Source: an uncultured Candidatus Saccharibacteria bacterium (GTDB taxonomy: Bacteria > Patescibacteriota > Minisyncoccia > UBA6257 > UBA11618). From it: a stretch of DNA of 64,000 bases. Both the position numbers and the translations under genes were made by a program. Of the stretch, positions 1 through 8,478 are shown one piece after another. Positions within the stretch are counted from its first letter, which is position 1. The number at the start of each line of letters is the position of its first letter. The notes beneath the pieces are model-generated. The model did no database searches. It was not told where the DNA came from and saw only the letters and a program-made list of their open reading frames with translations. The stretch spans positions 6,661 through 70,660 of the forward strand of contig CAYIII010000002.1 of NCBI GenBank assembly GCA_964363475.1, in the 5' to 3' direction.

Positions 1-677
1 AAAATTACCGGCATATTCTAATTTAAAAGTAATGCCTACCGGCTTGTGGAAACCATTTATTAATTCCTCACTTTGATTTTCCAGGTCGCTAACGCGCACA
101 TCCGCCCCCTCTTTAAATCCAAAAGTTATAATGCGCGCTCGGGTCTTCTCTTTCATTTCCATAACCGTTTCATCGTCAAAATTTAAAATTCCGAGTCCTA
201 TGGGAAGCAAGGCCTCAATAATTTTACTTTTTTCTTCAGCTACCGCGTCTGGATTAGGATAAAATTCAACATGAACCGGTATTTCGCCTACCGCGGTAAC
301 TATACTGATTTGCGGTTTGGCTATTTCCAGTAAATATCTTATGTCTCCCGGTTTGTCAGCGGCATATTCTAAAATTAAAATTTCCGGATATTGTTTTGAA
401 AAAATTAAATTAAAAACAGCATAGAAGATTACTTTGGGCCAAAAAAATATTCCTTTAATTTCCGTCCATGGTCCGAGAATAGTCAGCGGTACCCCCAATT
501 CATTGTTGAAATTTCCGCTGGCGGATCTGACCCTTCTCACATTTCTTAAAAGAGTATAAATCGCTTCTTTGGTGGAGGTTTTGCCGACACTGCCGGTAAT
601 AATAATTACTCCCGGCTGGTATTTTTTTATGGTAAATATCGCTAATTTTTTTAAGACCTTTTTAAGAGTTGAGATCA
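1..677 (-). CDS. murF: UDP-MurNAc-tripeptide--D-Ala-D-Ala ligase MurF, partial (C-terminus lies outside the window). N-terminal domain is truncated: only ~19 aa precede the P-loop.
   Basis: Reverse-strand translation from the ATG at 677 gives MISTLKKVLKKLAIFTIKKYQPGVIIITGSVGKTSTKEAIYTLL...NFNNELGVPLTIL. ITGSxGKTSTKE and NxNNExGVPLT are the MurF P-loop and adjacent motifs as I recall them from E. coli MurF. Sits at the end of the dcw cluster, overlapping the ftsI stop by 16 nt. Confidence 0.7.
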
Positions 678-2299
678 TCTGGGGGTATATTATAGTAGTT
701 TAGTATAAACTTCGCTAATTCGCGAAATGCGGGTACAACCGTTGCGCCCGCTAATGGCGCCCCAAGCGGTTTATCCAGTTTTATTAAAATAATAAATTTT
801 GAATCAAAAGCCGGGACAAAACCGATATAACTGTTAATCACATCCGTTGTGTAGCCGCCGTGTTTGAAGTCGGGAACTTGGGCCGTGCCCGTCTTGCCGG
901 CGACATTATATCCTGGTATTTGAGCCACCGTTGCTTTATTTACCGCCGATACCATCATTTTTGTCATTTCTTTGGCCGCGTCCGAAGATATAACCTGCCT
1001 GATTTCTTGGGGTTCTTGACTAGTAGTTATATAGGGCATCATCAATTTTCCCCCATTGGCTATGGCTGACACCGCGGCGATTAATTGCATTGGCGTTACC
1101 GATATGCCCTGGCCAAATGACGCGGCCGCAAAATCAATGCCGGCGTTTTTGGTTTTTATATTTTTTATATTGCCGCTGACTTCTCCCGGGAGTTCAATTT
1201 GAGTCAAATCGTTAAAACCAAACTTATCAAGATAATCATAAAATGCCTTGTGTCCTATCTGGCTTTCAACAAAAGCGCTGCCGGTGTTAATGGATTGTTC
1301 TATGACTTCGCTCATATTTATTTGACCATGGGCTTTTAAATCCCAATTTTTAATTTTCTTTCCGTCTGAAAAAGTTATCGCTCCGGAATCATAATATGTG
1401 GTTTTCGGAGTTATTTTTTTACTGTCTAATCCCGCGGACATAGTTATCACTTTAAATACGGAGCCGGGTTCATAAACGGACTGGACCGCCGGATTTATAA
1501 AAGTTGCGATGTCGTATGTTGAATAGTTATTTAAATCAAAGGTCGGATAATTGGCTAGAGCGATAATTTTTCCCGTTTGTGATTCCTGCGCTATGATGGT
1601 CCCGCCAACGGCGCTGTGTTTTTCTACTAATTCTTTTAGCTTGCTCTCAATTTCTATTTGGATATTGCGGTCTATTGTTAATACTATGTCATCGCCTCTA
1701 ATTGGTTTTGTGGCTTTTCCGTTTTCAATTATGCCGGGCTTGCCGCCTAATAAGTCGTTAAATCTTTTTTCTATTCCATATTGCCCGCTGGCCAAATTAC
1801 TTTGGTCGTTATAGCCCAAAAATCCCAACACTTGAGACGCAAGTTCTCCGAAAGGATAGTAGCGCCATTCTTGGTCGTCAATATAAATTCCTTTTATCGG
1901 GGACTCGTTAATTTTAGATATTTGTTCCGGACCGGCTTTTCTTAATAACGGCTCGTATAAATTATTTTGGGTTATTTTATTTCTTAATTGCTCTTGGTCA
2001 ATATTTAATATCGGACCTAAATTTTCTATTGTTTTGTCAACGTCCTCAATTTCTTTGGGGACCGCAAAAATAGTTTGGTGGGACTTGTTAATCACCGCGG
2101 GGATGCGATTATTATTTTTGTCAGAAAAATAAATAAGGCCTCGGTGCGGTTCCAAAAACCCTGAAAGGCGGTATTGCGACTGCGCTTTTTCGGAATAGTA
2201 TTGCCCATTCCGAATCTGTAAATTATAAATATTAAGAATTAAAAAAAAATAAGCGCTTAAAACGCTAGTTATTAGTATTGTAAAATGAAACCGATTCAT
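662..2299 (-). CDS. ftsI: Class B penicillin-binding protein / peptidoglycan transpeptidase (FtsI-like)
   Basis: 545 aa. N-terminal TM helix; SVFK (SxxK), an SxN-type motif and AGKTGTAQ (KTG) transpeptidase motifs. Position between ftsL-like gene and murF. Confidence 0.85.
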   Translation of the reverse strand: MNRFHFTILITSVLSAYFFLILNIYNLQIRNGQYYSEKAQSQYRLSGFLEPHRGLIYFSDKNNNRIPAVINKSHQTIFAVPKEIEDVDKTIENLGPILNIDQEQLRNKITQNNLYEPLLRKAGPEQISKINESPIKGIYIDDQEWRYYPFGELASQVLGFLGYNDQSNLASGQYGIEKRFNDLLGGKPGIIENGKATKPIRGDDIVLTIDRNIQIEIESKLKELVEKHSAVGGTIIAQESQTGKIIALANYPTFDLNNYSTYDIATFINPAVQSVYEPGSVFKVITMSAGLDSKKITPKTTYYDSGAITFSDGKKIKNWDLKAHGQINMSEVIEQSINTGSAFVESQIGHKAFYDYLDKFGFNDLTQIELPGEVSGNIKNIKTKNAGIDFAAASFGQGISVTPMQLIAAVSAIANGGKLMMPYITTSQEPQEIRQVISSDAAKEMTKMMVSAVNKATVAQIPGYNVAGKTGTAQVPDFKHGGYTTDVINSYIGFVPAFDSKFIILIKLDKPLGAPLAGATVVPAFRELAKFILNYYNIPPDDLNS

Positions 2300-2579
2300 T
2301 GATTTCTAAAAACTCCGGATTTTTTATTTTAATCATCCCCAGGTCTTTTGCCAACTCGCTTAAATTTTTTAGGTCTAAAATTTGATAAAGTTTGTTTTTA
2401 AGGTCGGCATCCGCCAATTTAAGGCCCTCCAGGTCTTTTGTCTGAATGGTTATAAGATGCTGCAAGTTCACTATTTTATTATAAACAAAGACATTGCTGA
2501 GGGTAAAAATTATCAGCGCGAAACCGGCGATTATAATCCATTTCCTTATTTTCTTATTTTTGTTTCTAGCGATTGTCAT
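2265..2579 (-). CDS. ftsL: FtsL-like cell-division protein (single TM + coiled coil)
   Basis: 104 aa with basic N-terminus, one TM helix (WIIIAGFALIIFTL) and a heptad-like C-terminal region. Syntenic slot between rsmH and ftsI. Confidence 0.5.
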   Translation of the reverse strand: MTIARNKNKKIRKWIIIAGFALIIFTLSNVFVYNKIVNLQHLITIQTKDLEGLKLADADLKNKLYQILDLKNLSELAKDLGMIKIKNPEFLEINESVSFYNTNN

Positions 2580-3456
2580 TGATTTTTACTCCTCTTAACT
2601 TTGCTGACCTCGCTCTCGGATTTAGTTGTATTTCCCCTAAAGACGGCGTTATCGGCTTTTTTGTTAATAATTCCGCATGGTTTTCTTTATGTAAATTTCT
2701 AAAATAATTTTTAACCAAACGGTCTTCCAGCGAGTGAAAGGATATAATCGCTATTCTGCCTCCGGTATTCATCACGTGTTTTAATTCCATTAAAATTTTC
2801 TCCAAATTTTCTAATTCTTTATTGGCGTAAATTCTCAAAGCCATGAAAGTTTTGGTGGCGGGGTGGATTCGCTGATGATGATAATAAGGCGGAGTGGCTT
2901 TAATAATTATTGAAACCAAATCCAGGGTGGTCTCTATCGGACGCTTTTTCAAGGCCTCTTTAATAGTCGCCGCGATTTTTCCGGCAAATCTTTCTTCCCC
3001 AAAGTCCCTAATCACTTTTTCCAGTTCTTTTACTCTTAATTCTTTGAGAATTGTTTTGACCGGTTTTTGCTCGTTGCTAAAAGTCATAAAGAGCGGCTCA
3101 TTTTTTTGGAAACTGAATCCCCTTCCGGAATTTTCCAATTCATCGGATGAAATTCCCAAATCAATCAACAGCCCGTCAGCTTTAGGAAAATTAATTTTTT
3201 TAGCGATGTGCGCTAGGTCCGCGAAATTTGCGTTGAGGCACTCAACGTGACTAAATTCTTTAGCGTATGATTTACATAAATTTATCGCTTCTAAGTTCCA
3301 GTCAATGGCTAGTAATTTCCCGTCCTTTCCGATTTTCTCCAATATTTTTTTTGAATGTCCTCCTCCGCCAAAAGTGCAATCAATAAAAGTTTCTCCCAAC
3401 TTCGGCTCTAAAAGGGCCATTGCTTCATTCAAAAGAACCGGCAGGTGGCTTGTCAT
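2566..3456 (-). CDS. rsmH: 16S rRNA (cytosine1402-N4)-methyltransferase RsmH (MraW)
   Basis: 296 aa; MTSHLPVLLNEAMALL...DCTFGGGGHS N-terminus is typical of RsmH. Lies directly downstream of mraZ. Confidence 0.9.
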   Translation of the reverse strand: MTSHLPVLLNEAMALLEPKLGETFIDCTFGGGGHSKKILEKIGKDGKLLAIDWNLEAINLCKSYAKEFSHVECLNANFADLAHIAKKINFPKADGLLIDLGISSDELENSGRGFSFQKNEPLFMTFSNEQKPVKTILKELRVKELEKVIRDFGEERFAGKIAATIKEALKKRPIETTLDLVSIIIKATPPYYHHQRIHPATKTFMALRIYANKELENLEKILMELKHVMNTGGRIAIISFHSLEDRLVKNYFRNLHKENHAELLTKKPITPSLGEIQLNPRARSAKLRGVKINDNR

Positions 3457-3457
3457 T

Positions 3458-3889
3458 TTATATTCCTAATTCGGACAATTTTTCCGCGATTTCGTCAGAA
3501 TTGGATTCGGTCTTAGATTTGTATTGTTGCCAAGCGTTTTCATCCCAAATTTCTATGCGGTTATAAACTCCAGCGACCACTGTTTGTTTTTTTAAGCCGG
3601 CATATTGCCTTAAATAATCGGGCAAGAGAATTCTTCCCTGATTATCTAATTCAACCTCCATCGCGCCCGCTAACATCAAACGAGCGAATGCCCGCGAGTT
3701 GGACTGCGCCAATGGCAGAGCCACTAATTTTTTTGCTAATTCTTGCCACTCGTTTTCCGTGAATATAAATAGACAGTGGTCTAATCCGCGGGTTACTATC
3801 GCGCCTTTGCCAATTTGCGAACGAAATTTGACCGGCACCGCCATTCTCCCCTTTTCATCTATATTGTGTTGATATTCTCCAATAAACAT
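3458..3889 (-). CDS. mraZ: Transcriptional regulator MraZ
   Basis: 143 aa, duplicated MraZ fold (MFIGEYQHNIDEKGRMAVP...); first gene of the dcw cluster. Confidence 0.9.
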   Translation of the reverse strand: MFIGEYQHNIDEKGRMAVPVKFRSQIGKGAIVTRGLDHCLFIFTENEWQELAKKLVALPLAQSNSRAFARLMLAGAMEVELDNQGRILLPDYLRQYAGLKKQTVVAGVYNRIEIWDENAWQQYKSKTESNSDEIAEKLSELGI

Positions 3890-3899
3890 AGGATTTTAC

Positions 3900-3955
3900 G
3901 AGTTATCCCCAGACCAACTAGTTTTCCCCATACTTTTCCACAATTCCCCACTAAC
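3900..3955 (-). promoter_or_regulatory. Putative MraZ operator: ~10-bp-phased direct repeats of TGGGGA (minus-strand reading) upstream of mraZ
   Basis: Plus strand carries TCCCCA-type repeats at 3906-3911, 3925-3930, 3945-3950 and a degenerate TTCCAC at 3936-3941, i.e. GTGGGGA/ATGGGGA/CTGGGGA on the mraZ strand. MraZ is known to bind TGGGN direct repeats in its own promoter. Confidence 0.35.
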
Positions 3956-4066
3956 CGCTACTTTTAATAATAAACTAGCCGCTTTGGTGGTCAATAGGAC
4001 GGTCTTGTGGATAACTCGAAAATTTGTTATTTTCTTGAAAGCTCACTACTTTGAAAGGGAGAATAT

Positions 4067-4399
4067 ATGGGAATGCAAAAAAGTAAAATTATTACACAGG
4101 GAATTAAATTGTCTATTAGCGATGGCGTCAAAGAAATAGCTCGAGCTAGAGTGTATTTCATATACAATGATCTTCATAGCAATCCTTACGCTTATATTGA
4201 AGATGTTTTTGTTGACCCTAATTATCGCAAAAGAGGCCTTGCCACTCAATTAGAGGATGAGATAGAAAAAGAAGCCCGGGCGAGAGGTTGCTATAAAATA
4301 ATCCAAACCAGCAGATTTGAGAACGAAAATGTTCATAGAATTTACGAGCGTTGTGGATTTACGCAGTGGGGATATGAATTCAGAAAGGATTTGATATAG
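4067..4399 (+). CDS. GNAT family N-acetyltransferase
   Basis: 110 aa; acetyl-CoA binding motif region YRKRGLATQL followed by a conserved C-terminal GF. Confidence 0.7.
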   Translation: MGMQKSKIITQGIKLSISDGVKEIARARVYFIYNDLHSNPYAYIEDVFVDPNYRKRGLATQLEDEIEKEARARGCYKIIQTSRFENENVHRIYERCGFTQWGYEFRKDLI

Positions 4400-4471
4400 T
4401 GCGCGCAGTTGGGATTGAACCAACGGCCCCTGCAATGTGAATGCAGTGCTCTGCCACTGAGCTATGCGCGC
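4400..4471 (-). tRNA. tRNA-Val (anticodon CAC)
   Basis: Minus-strand read GCGCGCATAGCTCAGTGGCAGAGCACTGCATTCACATTGCAGGGGCCGTTGGTTCAATCCCAACTGCGCGCA. 7-bp acceptor stem, D stem GCTC/GAGC, anticodon stem CTGCA/TGCAG with loop TTCACAT, T stem GTTGG/CCAAC, T loop TTCAATC. 72 nt; no CCA encoded. Confidence 0.85.
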
Positions 4472-4585
4472 TCTCCTACGCTTTGTGTTTCACAAAGCTT
4501 CGGAAGAGCAAGATTTCTTTGCACAAAGATACTTGCCCATCCGAAGCCCTATGAAATAGGGCGAAGGAGGGAGCTATGCGCGCTC

Positions 4586-4611
4586 TCCCGCTATAAGCGG
4601 GATTTTTTTAT
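4586..4611 (+). terminator. Hairpin plus T-run (intrinsic-terminator-like) at the end of a multi-hairpin region
   Basis: CTCCCGCTATAAGCGGG followed by ATTTTTTTATT. Confidence 0.4.
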
Positions 4612-4979
4612 TGTAATTCCACTGTGGCGCCGGCCGCTTCTAATTTTTTCTTTAATTCTTCCGCCTCTTCTTTCTTTAGTCCTTCTTTAACTACTTTCGG
4701 CGCTCCGTCAACGATGGTTTTAGATTCTTGCAGTCCAAGACCAGTAGCTTCTTTAACGGCTTTAATGACTTGTATTTTTTGCGTTCCGCTTTCCTTTAAT
4801 AAGACACTCCAGGCGGTTTTTTCTTCAGCTATCGCTTCACCGCTACCGGCTCCCCCGGCTACAGCTACCGGCACGGAAGCAGAGATGTTAAATTTCTCTT
4901 CCATAGCTTTTACCAATTCAGATAATTCTAAAGCGTTCATTTGTTCTATTTTAGACAATAAATCTTGAAATTTTTCCAT
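4608..4979 (-). CDS. rplL: 50S ribosomal protein L7/L12
   Basis: 123 aa; N-terminal dimerisation helix, Ala/Gly hinge ([11 protein letters not shown]), C-terminal domain with KVVKEGL...[20 protein letters not shown]. Confidence 0.9.
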   Translation of the reverse strand: MEKFQDLLSKIEQMNALELSELVKAMEEKFNISASVPVAVAGGAGSGEAIAEEKTAWSVLLKESGTQKIQVIKAVKEATGLGLQESKTIVDGAPKVVKEGLKKEEAEELKKKLEAAGATVELQ

Positions 4980-4984
4980 ATTTT

Positions 4985-5500
4985 TTAATTTGATTTTTGC
5001 GTTTTTCCGACCTCATTTAACGCAATCATTATTTTTTTAACAGGCATGGTAAGCATAATCGCTATCTGCGTCAGCAATATTTCCCTGGGCGGTAATTTCG
5101 CTATTTTTACAAATTCTTCGGAAGTTATATTTTTATTTTCCGGAAGATTAAAGCCGCCTAATATTTTTAGGTCCTTTTTTGTTTTAGCCAGTTCTTTAAC
5201 GAATTTGTACAAATTACCGGCCGCAGAAAATATATCTTTAGATAACAAGATGGCGCCGACTTGGCTTTTAAATTGAGTCGGGTCGGAGTCCTTTTCTGAT
5301 TTTCGCAAGGCAATCTTCAGTAATCTTTTTTTAATCACCTTAAACTTCCCGCCAACTTCTTTCAGCATCAAGCGCAAATTTCTTAATTCGGAAGTTGAAA
5401 TGCCGGTAAAATCCGCAAATAAAATGGTCTTGCTATTTTTGATTTCAGCAACACCTTCCTCAACCTGTTTAATTTTCTGTTGTTTTGTAAGCATATTCAC
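4985..5500 (-). CDS. rplJ: 50S ribosomal protein L10
   Basis: 171 aa; immediately upstream of rplL; typical L10 length and composition. Confidence 0.85.
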   Translation of the reverse strand: MNMLTKQQKIKQVEEGVAEIKNSKTILFADFTGISTSELRNLRLMLKEVGGKFKVIKKRLLKIALRKSEKDSDPTQFKSQVGAILLSKDIFSAAGNLYKFVKELAKTKKDLKILGGFNLPENKNITSEEFVKIAKLPPREILLTQIAIMLTMPVKKIMIALNEVGKTQKSN

Positions 5501-5672
5501 TTATCGTAACCCCTTGACGCGACTCTGGGTTCTTTTTCTTTTGAAAAAGAAAAACGACCTTTCGGGCCGTAGACAAAAAAGCGTCCTCGGCGGGTTGCTT
5601 CGGTAAGCTCGGAGGAGCTTATCACCCGCTGTCTACGGAATAATGCCATTATAAAAAAATAAAGCTCAAATG
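5501..5672 (-). promoter_or_regulatory. Structured 5' leader of rplJ-rplL (candidate L10 autoregulatory leader)
   Basis: A 170-nt non-coding region directly upstream of rplJ with a perfect 9-bp long-range inverted repeat CCGTAGACA / TGTCTACGG (about 5566-5638) enclosing GC-rich sub-hairpins (GCGGGT...ACCCGC). L10 leaders are structured rRNA mimics in many bacteria. Confidence 0.3.
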
Positions 5673-6608
5673 TCAATCCTGCGCTTGTAGGATTTGTTTG
5701 AGCTTTAAGCAATTTTGTAATTTTCTTTTAGCTTTAAATTCTATTTGTCTAATCCTTTCTCTTGATAGTTCTAATACATCCCCGATGTCCCTTAAGGTGC
5801 AGATTCTATCTTTTGATTGAAGCTTTCCCCATTTCTTATAAAAATAATTTTCCTCCGAATTTGTTCCCGCTTTTTTATCCAGTTTTTTAAATATGGATTG
5901 GTGATAGTTAAGACCGAATCTGTTCAGAATAACAAAGGCCTCTCCGGGACTTAAATTGCCAATAATTACATCCACTACATTTTGAGTTGCAATCGTATTG
6001 CAATTTGCGTCCCCTTCGGTATCCCAATCACGGTCGTTCCAATATTCGTCTATTGAACAACAACTTTTAAACGTTAATTCTATATTTTCTACGGACTTTA
6101 CAGTTTCTCCCATTTCTTTTGCAATAGAAGCCGTATCCGGCTTAGATTGGTTTTTTGTTTCATGCTGAATCTTCCTCACGGCCGCCAAATATTTTATTTG
6201 TTTATTAATTGCGTTAAAGGGTATGCGAATAGTTCTCCCGTACTTTTTTATGTAGTCCAATATTTCTCTATAAATCCAATGTATGGCATAAGTAGAAAGT
6301 TTATTAGCCCCCTTGCCATATCTAAACCTGTCTATTCCTGTTATCAAACCAATGCTTCCTGCGCTAATTAAATCTTCAAGATGAAGAATTGGATTATAGG
6401 AATCGTAATATTTTTTTGCAATACTTATAACAAAAAAAAGATTGCGTTCTATTAATACGCGTCTGGCTTCCGCCGCTTCTCTTTGAACTATTTTTGATTG
6501 CGATTTGCGTCCCCTTTCCATTTTCATTAACAATTCCCTTTCTTCTTTCGGAGTTAATCTGTTTCCGCATTTTTTAATGTCTTCCAGATATTCTCCCAAG
6601 AGATTCAT
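5673..6608 (-). CDS. Sigma-70 family RNA polymerase sigma factor (RpoD-like, no region 1.1)
   Basis: 311 aa; region 2 (FVISIAKKY...STYAIHWIYREI) and region 4.2 HTH (TLRDIGDVLELSRERIRQIEFKAKRKL). Has a Cys-containing insert between regions 3 and 4. Confidence 0.8.
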   Translation of the reverse strand: MNLLGEYLEDIKKCGNRLTPKEERELLMKMERGRKSQSKIVQREAAEARRVLIERNLFFVISIAKKYYDSYNPILHLEDLISAGSIGLITGIDRFRYGKGANKLSTYAIHWIYREILDYIKKYGRTIRIPFNAINKQIKYLAAVRKIQHETKNQSKPDTASIAKEMGETVKSVENIELTFKSCCSIDEYWNDRDWDTEGDANCNTIATQNVVDVIIGNLSPGEAFVILNRFGLNYHQSIFKKLDKKAGTNSEENYFYKKWGKLQSKDRICTLRDIGDVLELSRERIRQIEFKAKRKLQNCLKLKQILQAQD

Positions 6609-6704
6609 TGAGCCTCCTTTCCGGCTAATAAGCAGTTGTCAAAAAACCATTAATATATAATCACATTAACCATTTTTTGTAAATACTAGTTTAACTTCCC
6701 CTAA

Positions 6705-7075
6705 TACAACAAAACGGGTCCTGACAGGAGCATTGTCTCGAAAACACGCTATCAAATTTCCCAGCGAGAAATTTGCGCTCGCTCTCGGCCTCGCTCGCCC
6801 AGCGCTATTTTAGACAAGTTAATTATAAAATAGCACTGGGCACCTGCCCGCTCGGCCTGCGAGACGGTTTTCTCAACAATGTTCCTGTCACCCGTTTGCC
6901 AATATTAAAGAAAGAACCCGTTCCGTGAGGCAATTGGCGGAGGCCGCGCCGGCAGGGTCTTTTTGTTACACTTATCTAAAAACAAAAAGCGGCGAGCCGA
7001 GCCGATAGGCGGTTCCGCCTCGCAGGGGCGGAAACCGCCGGTGCCTTTAGGAACGGGTTCTTTCTTGAGAAAACT
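6705..7075. ncRNA. Candidate structured RNA or palindromic element: GC-rich, nested inverted repeats in a 480-bp intergenic gap. Identity unknown.
   Basis: Imperfect IR arms 6712-6745 / 6867-6897 enclosing IR 6800-6840 (CAGCGCTATTTTA / TAAAATAGCACTG). Second IR 6907-6924 / 7049-7065 (AAAGAAAGAACCCGTTCC / GGAACGGGTTCTTTCTT) enclosing GGCGGTTCCGCC..GGCGGAAACCGCC. GC content is far above the flanking DNA. No RNase P, tmRNA or SRP consensus motifs were found by eye. Confidence 0.25.
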
Positions 7076-7092
7076 ATTTTTCTACAGCTTGT

Positions 7093-7716
7093 CTAAAATC
7101 TTTTCCTCCATTTATTAATCTTATCGTGATTACCGGAAAGCAGGATTTTCGGCGCTTTCCAATTATTAAATATTTCGGGCCTGGTATAAACGGGATATGA
7201 ACCTTTGACTGCTTCTAACGATTCTTTTTTGCCCAATACTTTTGGAATAAAACGAGATACCGCGTCAACAACTATCATTGCCGGTATTTCTCCCCCAAAC
7301 AAAACAAAATCACCTATGGATATTTCTTCATCGGCTATATATCTAGCAACTCTTTCATCAACCCCCTCATAGCGTCCGCAAATTAAAATTAACTGGTCGT
7401 ATTTTGACAATCCTTGAGCAGTTTTTTGATTAAATGTTTTTCCGCGAGTTGAAAACAAAATCACCCTGCTTTTATTCTTTTTATTTTTGTATTTTATATT
7501 TTGCACCGCCCTATAAACAGGAGCAACTTTCAGCACCATTCCCGGACCGCCTCCATAAGGAGAATCGTCAATTTTTTTATGCTTATCTTCGGCAAAGTCC
7601 CTTAAGTTGTGGATGTTAATTTTGATTAGTTTTTTTTCTTGGGCGCGTTTAAGAATGGACTCATTAAAATAGCTTGAAAATATTTCTGGGAAAATTGTGA
7701 TTATATTGAATTTCAT
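7093..7716 (-). CDS. trmD: tRNA (guanine37-N1)-methyltransferase TrmD
   Basis: 207 aa; MKFNIITIFPEIF... SPOUT fold; synteny rpsP-KH-trmD. Confidence 0.9.
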   Translation of the reverse strand: MKFNIITIFPEIFSSYFNESILKRAQEKKLIKINIHNLRDFAEDKHKKIDDSPYGGGPGMVLKVAPVYRAVQNIKYKNKKNKSRVILFSTRGKTFNQKTAQGLSKYDQLILICGRYEGVDERVARYIADEEISIGDFVLFGGEIPAMIVVDAVSRFIPKVLGKKESLEAVKGSYPVYTRPEIFNNWKAPKILLSGNHDKINKWRKRF

Positions 7717-7787
7717 AAATTAGGATTTATAAACAAAAACGCCGCAAAAAATCTTTGTGGCGTTTTTGTTTTATTTTTTATGTGCTA

Positions 7788-8081
7788 TTAGAAGCTTGAT
7801 TCTGGATTGCGCTCAGAACCGTGAGTAGAACCTTCCGGTTCGTTAATTTTTAGGTTAACGTGAGCATTATGCTTTATTCCAACAATTCTCAAAAGAGAAC
7901 GGATGGACCTTGCGGTAGAACCTTGTCGGCCAATTACTTGGCCCATATCCTTTGGGCTCACTGACAATGAAAGCAAAACTCCTCGCTCATCTATTGCTCT
8001 GTCCACTTTAACTTCTTCTGGATGGTCAACGATGGACTTAACCAAAAAATCTAAAAATTCTTTATCAGTATTTGTATTCAT
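7788..8081 (-). CDS. KH-domain RNA-binding protein (UPF0109/YlqC-like)
   Basis: 97 aa; GxxG KH motif (IGRQGSTARSIRSLL); located between rpsP and trmD as in many bacteria. Confidence 0.7.
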   Translation of the reverse strand: MNTNTDKEFLDFLVKSIVDHPEEVKVDRAIDERGVLLSLSVSPKDMGQVIGRQGSTARSIRSLLRIVGIKHNAHVNLKINEPEGSTHGSERNPESSF

Positions 8082-8170
8082 CGCGATAAAACAACTTTTT
8101 ACTTGCTAACGACCTTTTCCTGCTTCTATACTATTATATTAAAAATTTTAAAGAAGTCAATCCCATCGTC

Positions 8171-8455
8171 TTAACCTTTCTCAACTTTCTTCGGCTGTCC
8201 GTGTACCGGTCGTTTTTTGTCTTCTATAATACTTGCCGTAATAAGAAGATTATGGACGGTGTCTGTTTTTTGCGCTCCGTTTTTCAGCCAATATAAAACC
8301 CTTTCCCCTTTAAATTCCATTTTATCTGTTTTTGGATTATACCAGCCCAGGTATTCCAGTTGTTTGCCGTTTAATTTAGTGCGTTTTTCTCCAATCACCA
8401 AACGGAAGTGAGCTTGGTGTTTTTTGCCAATTCTTTGCAGTTTTAGAACTAACAT
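8171..8455 (-). CDS. rpsP: 30S ribosomal protein S16
   Basis: 94 aa; MLVLKLQRIGKKHQAHFRLVI... canonical S16 N-terminus. Confidence 0.9.
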   Translation of the reverse strand: MLVLKLQRIGKKHQAHFRLVIGEKRTKLNGKQLEYLGWYNPKTDKMEFKGERVLYWLKNGAQKTDTVHNLLITASIIEDKKRPVHGQPKKVEKG

Positions 8456-8478
8456 AATTTTAGATTATGGTAATCTAT

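Noticed and set aside
860-1814. Short plus-strand ORFs (860..1069, 1551..1814) inside the ftsI gene, and similar antisense ORFs inside rsmH, rplL, rplJ, the sigma factor, dnaE, thrS and gatB.
   Set aside because: Each lies entirely within, and antisense to or out of frame with, a long ORF whose product carries clear family motifs. They have low-complexity composition and no motifs, so they are treated as frame artefacts.
4571-4590. Duplicated tRNA-Val 5' fragment, considered as attL/attR of an integrated element.
   Set aside because: Only about 100 bp separate the copies, and no integrase or cargo is present. Integration normally duplicates the tRNA 3' end, not the 5' end. Retained only as a low-interest finding.
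6705-7075. Tried to assign the structured intergenic element to RNase P RNA, tmRNA, SRP RNA or 6S RNA.
   Set aside because: None of the hallmark motifs I could recall (GGAAAGTCCGG/ACAGAA for RNase P, TTCGA-containing T-arm and tag ORF for tmRNA, GGAAGCAGC helix 8 for SRP) is present. Left unnamed.
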